Of a stretch of DNA of 32,000 nt, positions 18,676-27,503 are shown one piece after another (position 1 is the stretch's first letter; each line of letters begins with the position of its first letter). A program made the position numbers and the translations under genes. The stretch comes from Paracoccus suum (GTDB taxonomy: Bacteria; Pseudomonadota; Alphaproteobacteria; Rhodobacterales; Rhodobacteraceae): NCBI RefSeq assembly GCF_003324675.1, contig NZ_CP030918.1, positions 2,250,001 to 2,282,000 on the forward strand. The letters are read 5' to 3'. The notes beneath the pieces are model-generated. The model did not search any database. It saw only the letters and a list, made by a program, of their open reading frames with translations, and had not been told where the DNA came from.

Positions 18676-21569
18676 AAGACTTCATCATCCCGCAGGATGC
18701 GCTCGATCCGCAAAACAGCCGCGATCTGGGAACGCCCGCCTCGCCCTCGGCCCAGTTGGTCACCCTCAGCATCGACGGCTTTGCCGTGACCGTGCCGGCC
18801 GGCACCTCGGTCATGCGCGCCGCGGCCGAGGCCGGGATCGCCATCCCCAAGCTATGTGCGACCGACAGCATGCAGGCTATCGGCTCGTGTCGGCTGTGCC
18901 TCGTCGAAATCGACGGCATGCGCGGCACGCCCGCCTCCTGCACGACGCCGGTGGCCGACGGCATGATCGTGCATACTCAGTCAGACACGGTTCGCCAGCT
19001 GCGCCGCGGCGTGATGGAACTGTACGTCTCGGACCACCCGCGCGATCTGCTGACCAGCCCGGCCAACGGGCTGGACGACGTGCAGACCATGGCCGCGGCC
19101 GTCGGCCTGCGCGAGGTGCGCTATACGCCCGGGGCGAACCATGTCGCGCCCTGCGGCGCAGACGGCCAGGCCAACCCGCTGTTCCGCGCGCCCGACACCT
19201 CGAACCCCTATTTTACCTATGACCCCGCGCTGTGTATCGTCTGCATGCGCTGCGTGCGGGCCTGCGATGACATCCAGGGCACTTTTGCCCTGACGGTCGA
19301 GGGCCGAGGCTTCGACAGCCGGATCGTCGCCGGGCAGGACCAGCCTTTCCTGACCTCGGACTGCGTGTCCTGCGGGGCCTGCGTGCAGGCCTGCCCCACC
19401 GGCTCTCTGCTGGAGAACACAGTCGCCGAGATCGGGACCCCCGAGCGCAGCATCATCACCACCTGCGCCTATTGCGGCGTCGGGTGCAGCTTCGAGGCGC
19501 AGATGCGCGGCGACGAGGTCGTGCGCATGATCCCCTACAAGCACGGCAAGGCCAATCGCGGCCACAGCTGCGTCAAGGGCCGCTTTGCCTGGGGCTATGC
19601 CAATCACGGCGATCGTATCCTGTCCCCGATGGTGCGCGAGGCGATCACTGACCCTTGGCGCGAGACCAGCTGGGACGAGGCGATCAGCTTTGCCGCGAAC
19701 CGCATGCGCGCCATCCAGGACGAGCATGGACGCGATTCGGTCGGCGTGATTACCAGCTCGCGCTGCACCAACGAGGAAACCTACCTGGTGCAAAAGCTGG
19801 CCCGCGCGGTCCTGGGCACCAACAATACCGACACCTGCGCCCGGGTCTGCCATTCGCCCACCGGTTACGGGCTGAAGACGACCTTCGGCACATCGGCCGG
19901 CACGCATGATTTTGACTCGGTCGAGTTCTGCGACGTTGCCCTAGTGATCGGCGCCAATCCGACTGACGGCCATCCGGTGTTCGCGTCGCGCCTGCGCAAG
20001 CGGCTGCGCGAGGGGGCGGCGCTGATCGTCCTCGACCCGCGGCGCATCGACCTGCTGGACACGCCGCACCTCGGCGAGGCGCATCACCTCGCACTGCGCC
20101 CCGGCACCAACGTGGCCGTGTTGACGGCCCTCGCCCATGTGATCGTGACCGAGGGGCTGATCGACGAAGCCTATATCCGCGCCCGCTGCGACTGGGACGA
20201 ATACCTCGCCTATGCCGAGTTCGTGTCGGACCCGGCCCGCGCGCCCGAAGCGGTGGCCGAGGCGACCGGGGTTCCGGCCGATGCCATGCGCGCCGCCGCC
20301 CGGCGCTACGCCGCGAACGGTGCCTCGGCGATCTATTACGGCCTCGGGGTGACCGAGCACTCCCAAGGCTCGACCACCGTGATGGCGATTGCGAACCTGG
20401 CGATGCTGACCGGGAACATCGGCAAGCCGGGCGCCGGGGTGAACCCGCTGCGCGGCCAGAACAACGTCCAGGGCAGCTGCGACATGGGCAGCTTTCCGCA
20501 TGAGCTGCCCGGCTATCGCCACGTCAGCGACCCGGAGGCGAGGGGCATCTACGAGCGGCTGTGGGGCGTGACCATCCCGGACGAGCCGGGGCTGCGCATT
20601 CCCAACATGTTCGACGCTGCCGTCGCCGGCGAGTTCCACGGCCTCTACTGCCAGGGCGAGGACATCCTGCAATCGGACCCCGACACAACCCATGTCGCGG
20701 CGGCGCTGTCGGCGATGGACTGCGTGATCGTGCAGGACCTGTTCCTGAACGAGACCGCCAGTTACGCTCATGTGTTCTTGCCGGGCAGCACTTTCTTGGA
20801 AAAGGACGGGACCTTTACCAATGCCGAGCGTCGCATCAACCGCGTGCGCAAGGTCATGGCGCCTCGCAACGGCTATGGCGACTGGGAGGTGACGCAACTG
20901 CTGGCCAACGCACTGGGCGGTAACTGGAACTACACCCATCCGGCGCAGATCATGGACGAGATCGCGGCCACCACCCCCAGCTTTGCGGGCGTCAGCTATT
21001 CGCTGCTGGATGCGGTCGGCTCGGTCCAGTGGCCCTGCAATGATGCTGCGCCGCTCGGCACGCCGATGATGCATGGGGACGGCTTCGTGCGCGGCAAGGG
21101 CCAGTTCATCCACACCGAATATGTCGCCACCGACGAGCGCAGCGGGCCGCGTTTCCCGCTGCTGCTGACGACCGGACGCGTACTCTCGCAATATAACGTG
21201 GGCGCGCAGACCCGGCGGACCGACAACAACGTCTGGCATGCCGAGGACCGGCTGGAGATTCATCCTCATGACGCCGAGAACCGCGGGCTGAAGTCCGGCG
21301 ACTGGGTGCGGCTGGCGAGTCGTGTTGGTGCGACGACCCTGCGCGCCCTGGTGACAGAGCGGGTGGCGCCGGGCGTGGTCTACACCACCTTCCACCATCC
21401 GACGACGCAGGCGAACGTGGTCACGACCGACAACAGCGACTGGGCGACGAACTGCCCGGAATACAAGGTGACGGCCGTGCAGGTGACCCCTTCGAACGGG
21501 CCATCGGACTGGCAGGAGGCTTATGCCGAACATGCCGAGGCCGCGCGCCGCATCCTGGCGGCGGAATAA
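18672..21569 (+). CDS. fdsA: NAD-dependent formate dehydrogenase alpha subunit (Fe-S clusters plus bis-MGD molybdopterin catalytic subunit)
   Basis: ATGA overlap with fdsB. Product has an N-terminal 2Fe-2S ferredoxin-like domain, CIVCMRCVRAC and CVSCGACVQACP 4Fe-4S motifs, CAYCGVGC, and the active-site context CARVCHSPTG. Length is 965 aa. Confidence 0.95.
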   Translation: MKDFIIPQDALDPQNSRDLGTPASPSAQLVTLSIDGFAVTVPAGTSVMRAAAEAGIAIPKLCATDSMQAIGSCRLCLVEIDGMRGTPASCTTPVADGMIVHTQSDTVRQLRRGVMELYVSDHPRDLLTSPANGLDDVQTMAAAVGLREVRYTPGANHVAPCGADGQANPLFRAPDTSNPYFTYDPALCIVCMRCVRACDDIQGTFALTVEGRGFDSRIVAGQDQPFLTSDCVSCGACVQACPTGSLLENTVAEIGTPERSIITTCAYCGVGCSFEAQMRGDEVVRMIPYKHGKANRGHSCVKGRFAWGYANHGDRILSPMVREAITDPWRETSWDEAISFAANRMRAIQDEHGRDSVGVITSSRCTNEETYLVQKLARAVLGTNNTDTCARVCHSPTGYGLKTTFGTSAGTHDFDSVEFCDVALVIGANPTDGHPVFASRLRKRLREGAALIVLDPRRIDLLDTPHLGEAHHLALRPGTNVAVLTALAHVIVTEGLIDEAYIRARCDWDEYLAYAEFVSDPARAPEAVAEATGVPADAMRAAARRYAANGASAIYYGLGVTEHSQGSTTVMAIANLAMLTGNIGKPGAGVNPLRGQNNVQGSCDMGSFPHELPGYRHVSDPEARGIYERLWGVTIPDEPGLRIPNMFDAAVAGEFHGLYCQGEDILQSDPDTTHVAAALSAMDCVIVQDLFLNETASYAHVFLPGSTFLEKDGTFTNAERRINRVRKVMAPRNGYGDWEVTQLLANALGGNWNYTHPAQIMDEIAATTPSFAGVSYSLLDAVGSVQWPCNDAAPLGTPMMHGDGFVRGKGQFIHTEYVATDERSGPRFPLLLTTGRVLSQYNVGAQTRRTDNNVWHAEDRLEIHPHDAENRGLKSGDWVRLASRVGATTLRALVTERVAPGVVYTTFHHPTTQANVVTTDNSDWATNCPEYKVTAVQVTPSNGPSDWQEAYAEHAEAARRILAAE

Positions 21570-21573
21570 GGCC

Positions 21574-21930
21574 ATGGCGGCTGAGCATGATGTGACGGCG
21601 CATAACGACGCCCGGCTGGTGACGATGGCCAACCAGATCGCGACCTTCTTTGCCAGCCAGCCCGCGGTTGAGCCGTGGCGGGCGGTGGCCGCGCATCTGA
21701 ATGATTTCTGGCCTCCGAACATGCGCGCCCGCCTGCTGGAGATGATCGCGGCCGGCGGCGCGGACCTGCGCCCCGCCGTGGTTGAAGCCGAACCCTTGAT
21801 CCGCCGTCCCGGCGCGCCGCGCGTGCAGGAACTTGCAGTGGATCCGGGCACGCCGCCGACACGCGAGACGGTAGAGGGCAAACCAACGAACTCGGCCTTC
21901 GCCAAGGTGCCGGAGGGGTCAGACGGCTAG
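21574..21930 (+). CDS. fdsD: Formate dehydrogenase delta subunit FdsD, with a C-terminal extension
   Basis: The ATG lies 5 nt after the fdsA stop. ARLVTMANQIATFFASQP...AVAAHLNDFWPPNMRARLLEMI matches the FdsD family core. About 40 Pro-rich residues follow the domain. Confidence 0.8.
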   Translation: MAAEHDVTAHNDARLVTMANQIATFFASQPAVEPWRAVAAHLNDFWPPNMRARLLEMIAAGGADLRPAVVEAEPLIRRPGAPRVQELAVDPGTPPTRETVEGKPTNSAFAKVPEGSDG

Positions 21931-21945
21931 GACGCGATCGACGTT

Positions 21946-21963
21946 CCGGCAGGAATCTGCCGG
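21946..21963 (+). terminator. Possible fds operon terminator hairpin
   Basis: CCGGCAG-GAAT-CTGCCGG, a 7-bp stem 16 nt after the fdsD stop. There is no U-tract, so this is weak. Confidence 0.35.
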
Positions 21964-22064
21964 TGCTCAGGAGCAAGAATGTTCGACCGCCCGTTCGTTT
22001 TGGGATGGGCCACCGACGACTCTTTTGGGCGTCCCAAGGCAGCTTAAGCCCGCCAGCCATCCCC

Positions 22065-22096
22065 AAAAACGCAAACGGCCCGCCATCCGGCGGGCC
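22065..22096 (-). terminator. Rho-independent terminator of cspA
   Basis: On the minus strand: GGCCCGCC-GGAT-GGCGGGCC followed by GTTTGCGTTTTT, starting about 25 nt after the cspA stop. Confidence 0.7.
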
Positions 22097-22120
22097 ATCT
22101 GTTATTCAAAATGCCGGCAA

Positions 22121-22327
22121 TCAGAGCAGACGCAGGTCCGAAGCCGAGGCACGGCCGTCACGGCCGGACTGCAGCTCATACTCGACTTTCTGATTGTCGT
22201 TCAGGCCGGTCAGGCCAGCGCGCTCGACGGCCGAGATGTGGACGAAGACGTCCTTGCCGCCATCATCGGGCGCGATAAAGCCGAAGCCCTTGGTGGAATT
22301 GAACCATTTTACGGTACCGGTCGCCAT
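22121..22327 (-). CDS. cspA: Cold shock protein, CspA family
   Basis: The 68-aa product begins MATGTVKWFNSTKGFGFIAPDDGGKDVFVHISAV, which carries the RNP1/RNP2 motifs. AAGGAGGG SD lies 7 nt upstream. The track ORF extends 13 codons further upstream, but those codons lack homology and an SD. Confidence 0.95.
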   Translation of the reverse strand: MATGTVKWFNSTKGFGFIAPDDGGKDVFVHISAVERAGLTGLNDNQKVEYELQSGRDGRASASDLRLL

Positions 22328-22591
22328 GACAGGACCCTCCTTCAGTTTATCCGGTGCGACATGCATCCGGTCCGTGCAGCCCTTTCGAATTCCGGCTGCC
22401 CCGTGAAGGGAGGCGGTAGAAAGTCGTGCTCACGCGAACGAAATGATCACCGAATCGCGATAAAAATCAAGAGGGCTTCCGCCGGCCAGTGCGCCGGGGC
22501 CGTATTTCCCGTCATACGCGCCTCTCGCCAACGGAATCAATCCCGAGTTGTATGTACTACCGTTCGTCGGCGCGAGCCTGCCGACCGCCGA

Positions 22592-24538
22592 TCACCGCAG
22601 ATCAGGCGGCGTCGCCTCAGTTTTCAGGGCCGCGACGGCCTCCGCGAGCGACAAGGTGCGGCTGCCCTGCTGGTCCAGGCGGCGCATCGAAACGGTCCGC
22701 TCCTCGACCTCCTTCATGCCGATGGCGAGGATCGCGGGCACCTTGGCGAGCGAATGTTCGCGCACCTTGTAGTTGATCTTCTCGTTGCGGGTGTCCGCCT
22801 CGGCCCGGATTCCGGCCGCTTTCAGCGCCTCGACCACCTCGGCCACATAGTCATCCGCCCCCGAGACGATCGAGGCGACCACCACCTGGCGCGGCGCCAG
22901 CCACAGGGGCAGCTTGCCGGCATAGTTCTCGATTAGGATGCCGATGAACCGCTCGAACGATCCCAGGATCGCGCGGTGGAGCATGTAGGGGCGGTGCTTG
23001 GCACCATCCTCGCCGACATATTCGGCATCGAGGCGCGTGGGCAGGTTGGGATCGACCTGGAAGGTGCCGCACTGCCATTCGCGTCCGATGGCGTCGGTCA
23101 GCTTGAAATCCAGCTTCGGCCCGTAGAACGCGCCCTCGCCGGGGTCGATCTGATAAGCGTTGCCGGTCTTCTTGATGGCGTTTTCGAGGGCCGCTTCGAC
23201 CGTGTCCCAGTCCTCGTCGCGGCCGATGCGGATTTCCGGGCGCGTGGACAGCTTGATATCGAAGCTGTCGAACGCGAGGTCGCGATAGACCGAGGCCAGC
23301 AGCTCGATGAATGACGCGCATTCGGCCTCGATCTGCTCCTCGGTGCAGAAGATGTGCGCGTCGTCCTGAACGAAGCCGCGGACCCGCATCAGCCCGTGCA
23401 TCGAGCCGCTGCTCTCGTAGCGGTGGCACGAGCCGAATTCGGCCAGCCGCAGCGGCAGGTCGCGATAGGATTTCAGGCCCTGATTATAAACCTGCACGTG
23501 GCAGGGGCAGTTCATCGGCTTCAGCGCGTTGATGCGCTTTTCGTTTGCGCCTTCCTCGTCCACCTCGACGATGAACATGTTCTCGCGATAGGCCTCCCAG
23601 TGGCCTGATTTTTCCCACAGCACGCGGTCGACAACCTGCGGCGTGCGGATTTCCTTGTAGCCCGCGCGGCCGAGACGTCGGCGCATGTAATCCTCGAGCG
23701 TGCGGTAGATGGTCCAGCCGTTGGGGTGCCAGAACACCATGCCCGGCGCCTCTTCCTGCAGGTGGAAAAGGTCCATCTCACGGCCCAGCTTGCGGTGGTC
23801 GCGCTTGGCGGCCTCCTCCAGCATGGTCATATGCGCCTTCAGCTCGTCGCGGTTGCGAAAGGCGGTGCCATAGATGCGTTGCAACATCGGCCGGCTGGCA
23901 TCGCCCAGCCAGTAGGCGCCGGCGACATGGGTCAGCTTGAACGCGTCGGCCGGCAGCTGGCCGGTGTTTTGCAAGTGCGGGCCGCGGCACAGGTCTTGCC
24001 AGTCGCCGTGCCAGTACATGCGGATGTCCTCGCCCTCGGGAATCCGGTCCAGCAACTCCAGCTTGAAGGGCTCGCCGGCCGCTTCGTAATAGGCGCGGGC
24101 GCGCTCGCGATCCCAAAGCTCGGTGCGCACGGGCTCGCGCGCGGCGATGATCTGGCGCATCCGCGCCTCGATTGCCCCGAGGTCTTCGGGCGTGAAGGGC
24201 TCGGCGCGGTCAAAGTCGTAGAACCAACCCGCGTCACGCACCGGGCCGATGGTGACCTTGACGTCGGGCCACAACTCCTGGACCGCGCGGGCCATGACAT
24301 GGGCGAGGTCGTGCCGGATCAGCTCGAGGGCAGGCGCCTCGTCCTTGAGCGTGTTGATCGACAGCGCCCCCGATGCGGTGATCGGCCAGGCGAGGTCGAT
24401 GTGCTTGCCATCGAGGCTGGCGCTGATCGCCGCCTTGGCGAGGCTGGGCGCGATGCTGGCCGCGACTTCGGCGGCGGTGACGCCGGCATCGTAGTCGCGC
24501 GAGGCGCCATCGGGAAAGGTGAGGGTGATCTGGGACAT
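22592..24538 (-). CDS. thrS: Threonine--tRNA ligase
   Basis: The 648-aa product has an N-terminal TGS domain ([23 protein letters not shown]), a second additional domain, a class II core and an anticodon-binding domain. GAGGAGG SD precedes the ATG. Confidence 0.95.
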   Translation of the reverse strand: MSQITLTFPDGASRDYDAGVTAAEVAASIAPSLAKAAISASLDGKHIDLAWPITASGALSINTLKDEAPALELIRHDLAHVMARAVQELWPDVKVTIGPVRDAGWFYDFDRAEPFTPEDLGAIEARMRQIIAAREPVRTELWDRERARAYYEAAGEPFKLELLDRIPEGEDIRMYWHGDWQDLCRGPHLQNTGQLPADAFKLTHVAGAYWLGDASRPMLQRIYGTAFRNRDELKAHMTMLEEAAKRDHRKLGREMDLFHLQEEAPGMVFWHPNGWTIYRTLEDYMRRRLGRAGYKEIRTPQVVDRVLWEKSGHWEAYRENMFIVEVDEEGANEKRINALKPMNCPCHVQVYNQGLKSYRDLPLRLAEFGSCHRYESSGSMHGLMRVRGFVQDDAHIFCTEEQIEAECASFIELLASVYRDLAFDSFDIKLSTRPEIRIGRDEDWDTVEAALENAIKKTGNAYQIDPGEGAFYGPKLDFKLTDAIGREWQCGTFQVDPNLPTRLDAEYVGEDGAKHRPYMLHRAILGSFERFIGILIENYAGKLPLWLAPRQVVVASIVSGADDYVAEVVEALKAAGIRAEADTRNEKINYKVREHSLAKVPAILAIGMKEVEERTVSMRRLDQQGSRTLSLAEAVAALKTEATPPDLR

Positions 24539-24713
24539 CAGCGGTCCTCCTCGTCGGTTTGGCGCCTACGGCACGCCCGGTTGCGATTGACCGTCGCCTC
24601 TTGGCGGGTTCGCCGAGCGCTGTCAATCTGTTGCGCGCGATTTGACCGCGGGCCGACTTTCGGACCGCGCCCGGCCATGGGATAAGGCTGCGGCAAGGCG
24701 GGCAGGGGGACAA

Positions 24714-25442
24714 ATGACCGAGTTTCTGAAGACGCCGCAGGGACGCCGGCTGGCCTATCTGCGGCAGGCGGGCCAGGGGCCGGGGCTCGTCTTTCTGCAC
24801 GGTTTCAACAGTGACATGCGCGGGACCAAGGGTCAGGTGCTGGCGGATTGGGCCGCGACGCAAGGCCGTGCCTTCCTGCGTCTCGATCTGTCGGGGCATG
24901 GCGAAAGCGGCGGCAACATTCCCGATTTCGGCCTGTCCGACTGGCGCGAGGATGTCCTTGCCGTGCTCGACGCGCTGACCGAGGGGCCGCAGGTTTTGGT
25001 CGGTAGCTCGCTCGGCGGCTGGCTGGCGCTGCTGGTGGCGCGCAGCCTGCCGCAGCGGATCGCAGGGGTCGTGACGGCCGCAGCCGCGCCGGATTTCACC
25101 CGGCGGATGGAGGCGGAGTTTACCGCCGCAGATCGCGCCATGCTGAAAGACAAGGGCCATGTCAGCCGGGCGAGCGACTATGGCGATGACTACGTCTTCT
25201 CGCACCACTTGCTGGATCAGGGCCGGAAGGAGTCAATCCTGGATCGCCCGTTGCAGATCAGCGCGCCGGTCAGGATGCTGTATGGCACCGCGGATGCCGA
25301 CGTGCCGATGGCCGACCAACTCACCCTGCTGGACCACATCGACGGGCCGGATGTCAGGCTGACGAAGATCAAGGGCGCCGACCACCGGCTTTCTGATCCC
25401 GTTAGTTTGTCGCTGCTGGTCGCTGCTGTCGCAGACGTCTGA
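24714..25442 (+). CDS. Alpha/beta hydrolase fold protein
   Basis: Product has GLVFLHGFNSDM, a nucleophile elbow GSSLGG, and a C-terminal GADHRL His context. The ATG at 24714 is preceded by a G-rich SD. The ORF opens at 24642. Confidence 0.8.
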   Translation: MTEFLKTPQGRRLAYLRQAGQGPGLVFLHGFNSDMRGTKGQVLADWAATQGRAFLRLDLSGHGESGGNIPDFGLSDWREDVLAVLDALTEGPQVLVGSSLGGWLALLVARSLPQRIAGVVTAAAAPDFTRRMEAEFTAADRAMLKDKGHVSRASDYGDDYVFSHHLLDQGRKESILDRPLQISAPVRMLYGTADADVPMADQLTLLDHIDGPDVRLTKIKGADHRLSDPVSLSLLVAAVADV

Positions 25443-25451
25443 CAAGTAGGA

Positions 25452-25473
25452 TCGCGCCGCTTCTGCGGCGCGA
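25452..25473. terminator. Hairpin between convergent genes (hydrolase and stress protein)
   Basis: TCGCGCCGC-TTCT-GCGGCGCGA, a 9-bp GC stem 10 nt after the hydrolase stop and 11 nt before the convergent gene's stop. No clear U-tract. Confidence 0.5.
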
Positions 25474-25483
25474 CCCTCTCGTC

Positions 25484-25996
25484 TCACTCGACGAAGAAAT
25501 GCTCGCCCATGTCCGGCTCGGCACCAGTCAGCTTGTTCTTGGCGAGCTCATAGAGAAAGCCGAGGCCGCCGGTCGTGGTCCAAACCTCGGCCCGCGAGAT
25601 CGCCAGTTTCAGCAGTCGCACGTCGGGGTCCTGCTTGCCATCCTCGAACCAGCTGGCGGCGACTGTGTTCCATATCTCGTCCAGCTTGGCCTGATCGCCT
25701 GACCGCTCCAGCTTGCCCTCGATCCGGGCGTAGAGCTTGCCCGAGCCTTCGGCGACCACATACAACGCGTCCTGCGCGCCGCCCTCGGTCTGTTCGACCA
25801 GATGGGTGCCGGCGGCAGTGATAAACCACAGCGCGTGCTGGTCGGGGTCGGCCGTGTGCGACATCGGCACCAGCTTCAGGTCCGAAGTCGCGCCGAGCAT
25901 CCCGGCATTGATGCCCTCGAGCCGCTTCCAGAACTGGGCGCGCTGCTCGGCCGGTGGTAGCTCCTGGCGGTCTTCGTTGTCGCGCTTCTCGGCCAT
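25484..25996 (-). CDS. Pyridoxamine 5'-phosphate oxidase-like FMN-binding split-barrel protein (general stress protein 26-like)
   Basis: Product has FWKRLEGINAGMLG...LVPMSHTADPDQHALWFIT...LYARIEGKL...WFEDGKQDPDVRLLKL, typical of the family. The ATG at 25996 has GGAGA 5 nt upstream. Alternative ATG at 26008. Confidence 0.8.
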   Translation of the reverse strand: MAEKRDNEDRQELPPAEQRAQFWKRLEGINAGMLGATSDLKLVPMSHTADPDQHALWFITAAGTHLVEQTEGGAQDALYVVAEGSGKLYARIEGKLERSGDQAKLDEIWNTVAASWFEDGKQDPDVRLLKLAISRAEVWTTTGGLGFLYELAKNKLTGAEPDMGEHFFVE

Positions 25997-26054
25997 GATC
26001 GTCTCCATTCAGGTTGCGGACCTCAACGGGCGATCTGGTCGGCAGTTCCGCGCG

Positions 26055-27395
26055 TTAGACCGCCAGCTTGCGCGAGGGTGAGGGGGCATCCGCCGAGGCG
26101 GCAACAGCAGAGGCCGAGGCCCTTTTGCGACGTCGGGGTGCCTTGGTGCCGGCTGCCTCGTCCATGAAGTCGAGAACCAGCGGGCGGATGTTCAACCGCC
26201 AGCTCTTGCCCGCGAAGATACCGTAATGCCCGGCGCCCGGCTCGAGGTGCTGGGCCTTGCGCTCGGCCGGCAGGCCGCTGCACAGCTCCAGCGCCGCGAC
26301 GCACTGGCCCGGCGCCGAGATGTCGTCCTCGGCCCCCTCAACTGTCATCACCCAAGTATCGCGGATGCGCCCCAGATCGACCGGCTTGCCTTCGACGGTA
26401 AAGCGGTTGTGCGCCAGTTCCAGCCCTTTGAAGATACGGCCGACCGTCGAGAGGTAGAACTCGGCCGTCATGTCCATCACGGCCAGGTATTCGTCGTAGA
26501 ACTTGTTATGCCGGTCATAGGGCGTCGCATCGCCGCGCGCCTCGGCAAAGATCTGATCGGTAAAGGCCTTGGTGTGCGTCGCCGCGTTCATGGCGATGAA
26601 CGAGGTCAGTTGTGCCAGACCCGGATAGACCATCCGACCCGCGCCGCGATGCTTGAAGCCGACCTGCTGGATGACAAGATGCTCGAGCTCGCCCATGGTG
26701 ATGCGGTTGCCGAAATCAGTCACCTCGGTTGCCTTGGCGTCGGGATCGATCGGGCCGCCGATCAGGATCAGGCTGCGAGGCAGCAACTCCGGCGCCTCGT
26801 CGGCCAACAGCGCGGTGGCGGCCAAGGCCAAGGGCGCGGGCTGGCAGACGGCGACAACGTTGATCGGGCCGTCCGCGGCCAGATCGGCAATGAAGTCGGT
26901 CAGGTAGCGGGTGTAATCCTCGACGTCGAACTTGCCCTCGCTGACCGGGATGTCACGGGCATTGTGCCAGTCGGTGATATAGACCTCGGCGTCGGGCAGC
27001 AGCGACGCAACGGTCGAGCGCAACAGCGTCGCATAATGGCCCGACATGGGCGCGACCAGCAGGATGCGGCGCGTCATCGGCTCGCGCCGGGCGACGCGGA
27101 AATGCACCAAATCGCCGAACGGGCGGCGCAGGCGCGGCTCGACATAGACGATGTGGTCCTGCCCCTCGGGGCCGATGATCGGCGGCAGGTTCCAGTCGGG
27201 CTTGATCGCCATTCGTGCAAAGCTGCGTTCGGTGACGGCGCCCCAGGCGGCGAGCATCTTGAACATCGGTACGGGGGCGAGGGCGAAGGCGGGGTAGCTG
27301 CCGAGGGCGCGAGCCGAGGCCCCCATCCATTCGCTGGTGTTTCGCGCCGCTTCCATGGCGTCATAGCGAGCCATGCTGCGATACAGAAAATTCAC
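26055..27395 (-). CDS. phaZ: Intracellular poly(3-hydroxybutyrate) depolymerase PhaZ
   Basis: This is the C-terminal part, about 446 aa, of the 1524-aa track ORF. It matches the intracellular PHB depolymerase family (RILLVAPMSGHYATLLR, VVAVCQPAPLAL catalytic Cys context, GAGHYGIF). The GTG at 27395 has AGGAGA 8 nt upstream. Alternative ATG at 27374. It is divergent from phaC, as in P. denitrificans. Confidence 0.9.
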   Translation of the reverse strand: MNFLYRSMARYDAMEAARNTSEWMGASARALGSYPAFALAPVPMFKMLAAWGAVTERSFARMAIKPDWNLPPIIGPEGQDHIVYVEPRLRRPFGDLVHFRVARREPMTRRILLVAPMSGHYATLLRSTVASLLPDAEVYITDWHNARDIPVSEGKFDVEDYTRYLTDFIADLAADGPINVVAVCQPAPLALAATALLADEAPELLPRSLILIGGPIDPDAKATEVTDFGNRITMGELEHLVIQQVGFKHRGAGRMVYPGLAQLTSFIAMNAATHTKAFTDQIFAEARGDATPYDRHNKFYDEYLAVMDMTAEFYLSTVGRIFKGLELAHNRFTVEGKPVDLGRIRDTWVMTVEGAEDDISAPGQCVAALELCSGLPAERKAQHLEPGAGHYGIFAGKSWRLNIRPLVLDFMDEAAGTKAPRRRKRASASAVAASADAPSPSRKLAV

Positions 27396-27503
27396 TAAAA
27401 TTGTCTCCTGGCGCAGAGGATCGCGCGATCTGGACGAAACCGCGCTTGTGGCGAGCGGTTCCACGGTCCTACATTCACTAAAGGGTAGGAGGAGGCTGCG
27501 GCC

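Noticed and set aside
21963-22193. 76-aa plus-strand ORF in the fdsD-cspA spacer
   Set aside because: It overlaps the cspA terminator and the cspA 3' end on the opposite strand. It has no SD and its composition looks like non-coding sequence.
5054-25208. Many long ORFs antisense to or out of frame with recognised genes. Examples: 5054-6457(-), 6488-8059(-), 7977-9047(-), 9245-11182(-), 11458-12636(+), 15995-17353(-), 17056-18633(-), 19941-21905(-), 22025-22936(+), 23726-24685(+), 24234-25208(-).
   Set aside because: Their translations are dominated by Arg, Pro, Gly and Ala with no recognisable motifs. Each fully overlaps a gene with clear family signatures on the other strand or frame. This is typical GC-rich shadow ORF behaviour.
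27373-27389. Half PhaR-operator (minus strand TTTCTGT-ATC-GCAGCAT) at the 5' end of phaZ
   Set aside because: Only one 7-mer half-site matches. The same 7-mer occurs by chance several times elsewhere in the window, for example inside g15, proS, the permease gene and phaR. That makes it insufficient evidence for a PhaR site. It might still be tested alongside the phaP operators.
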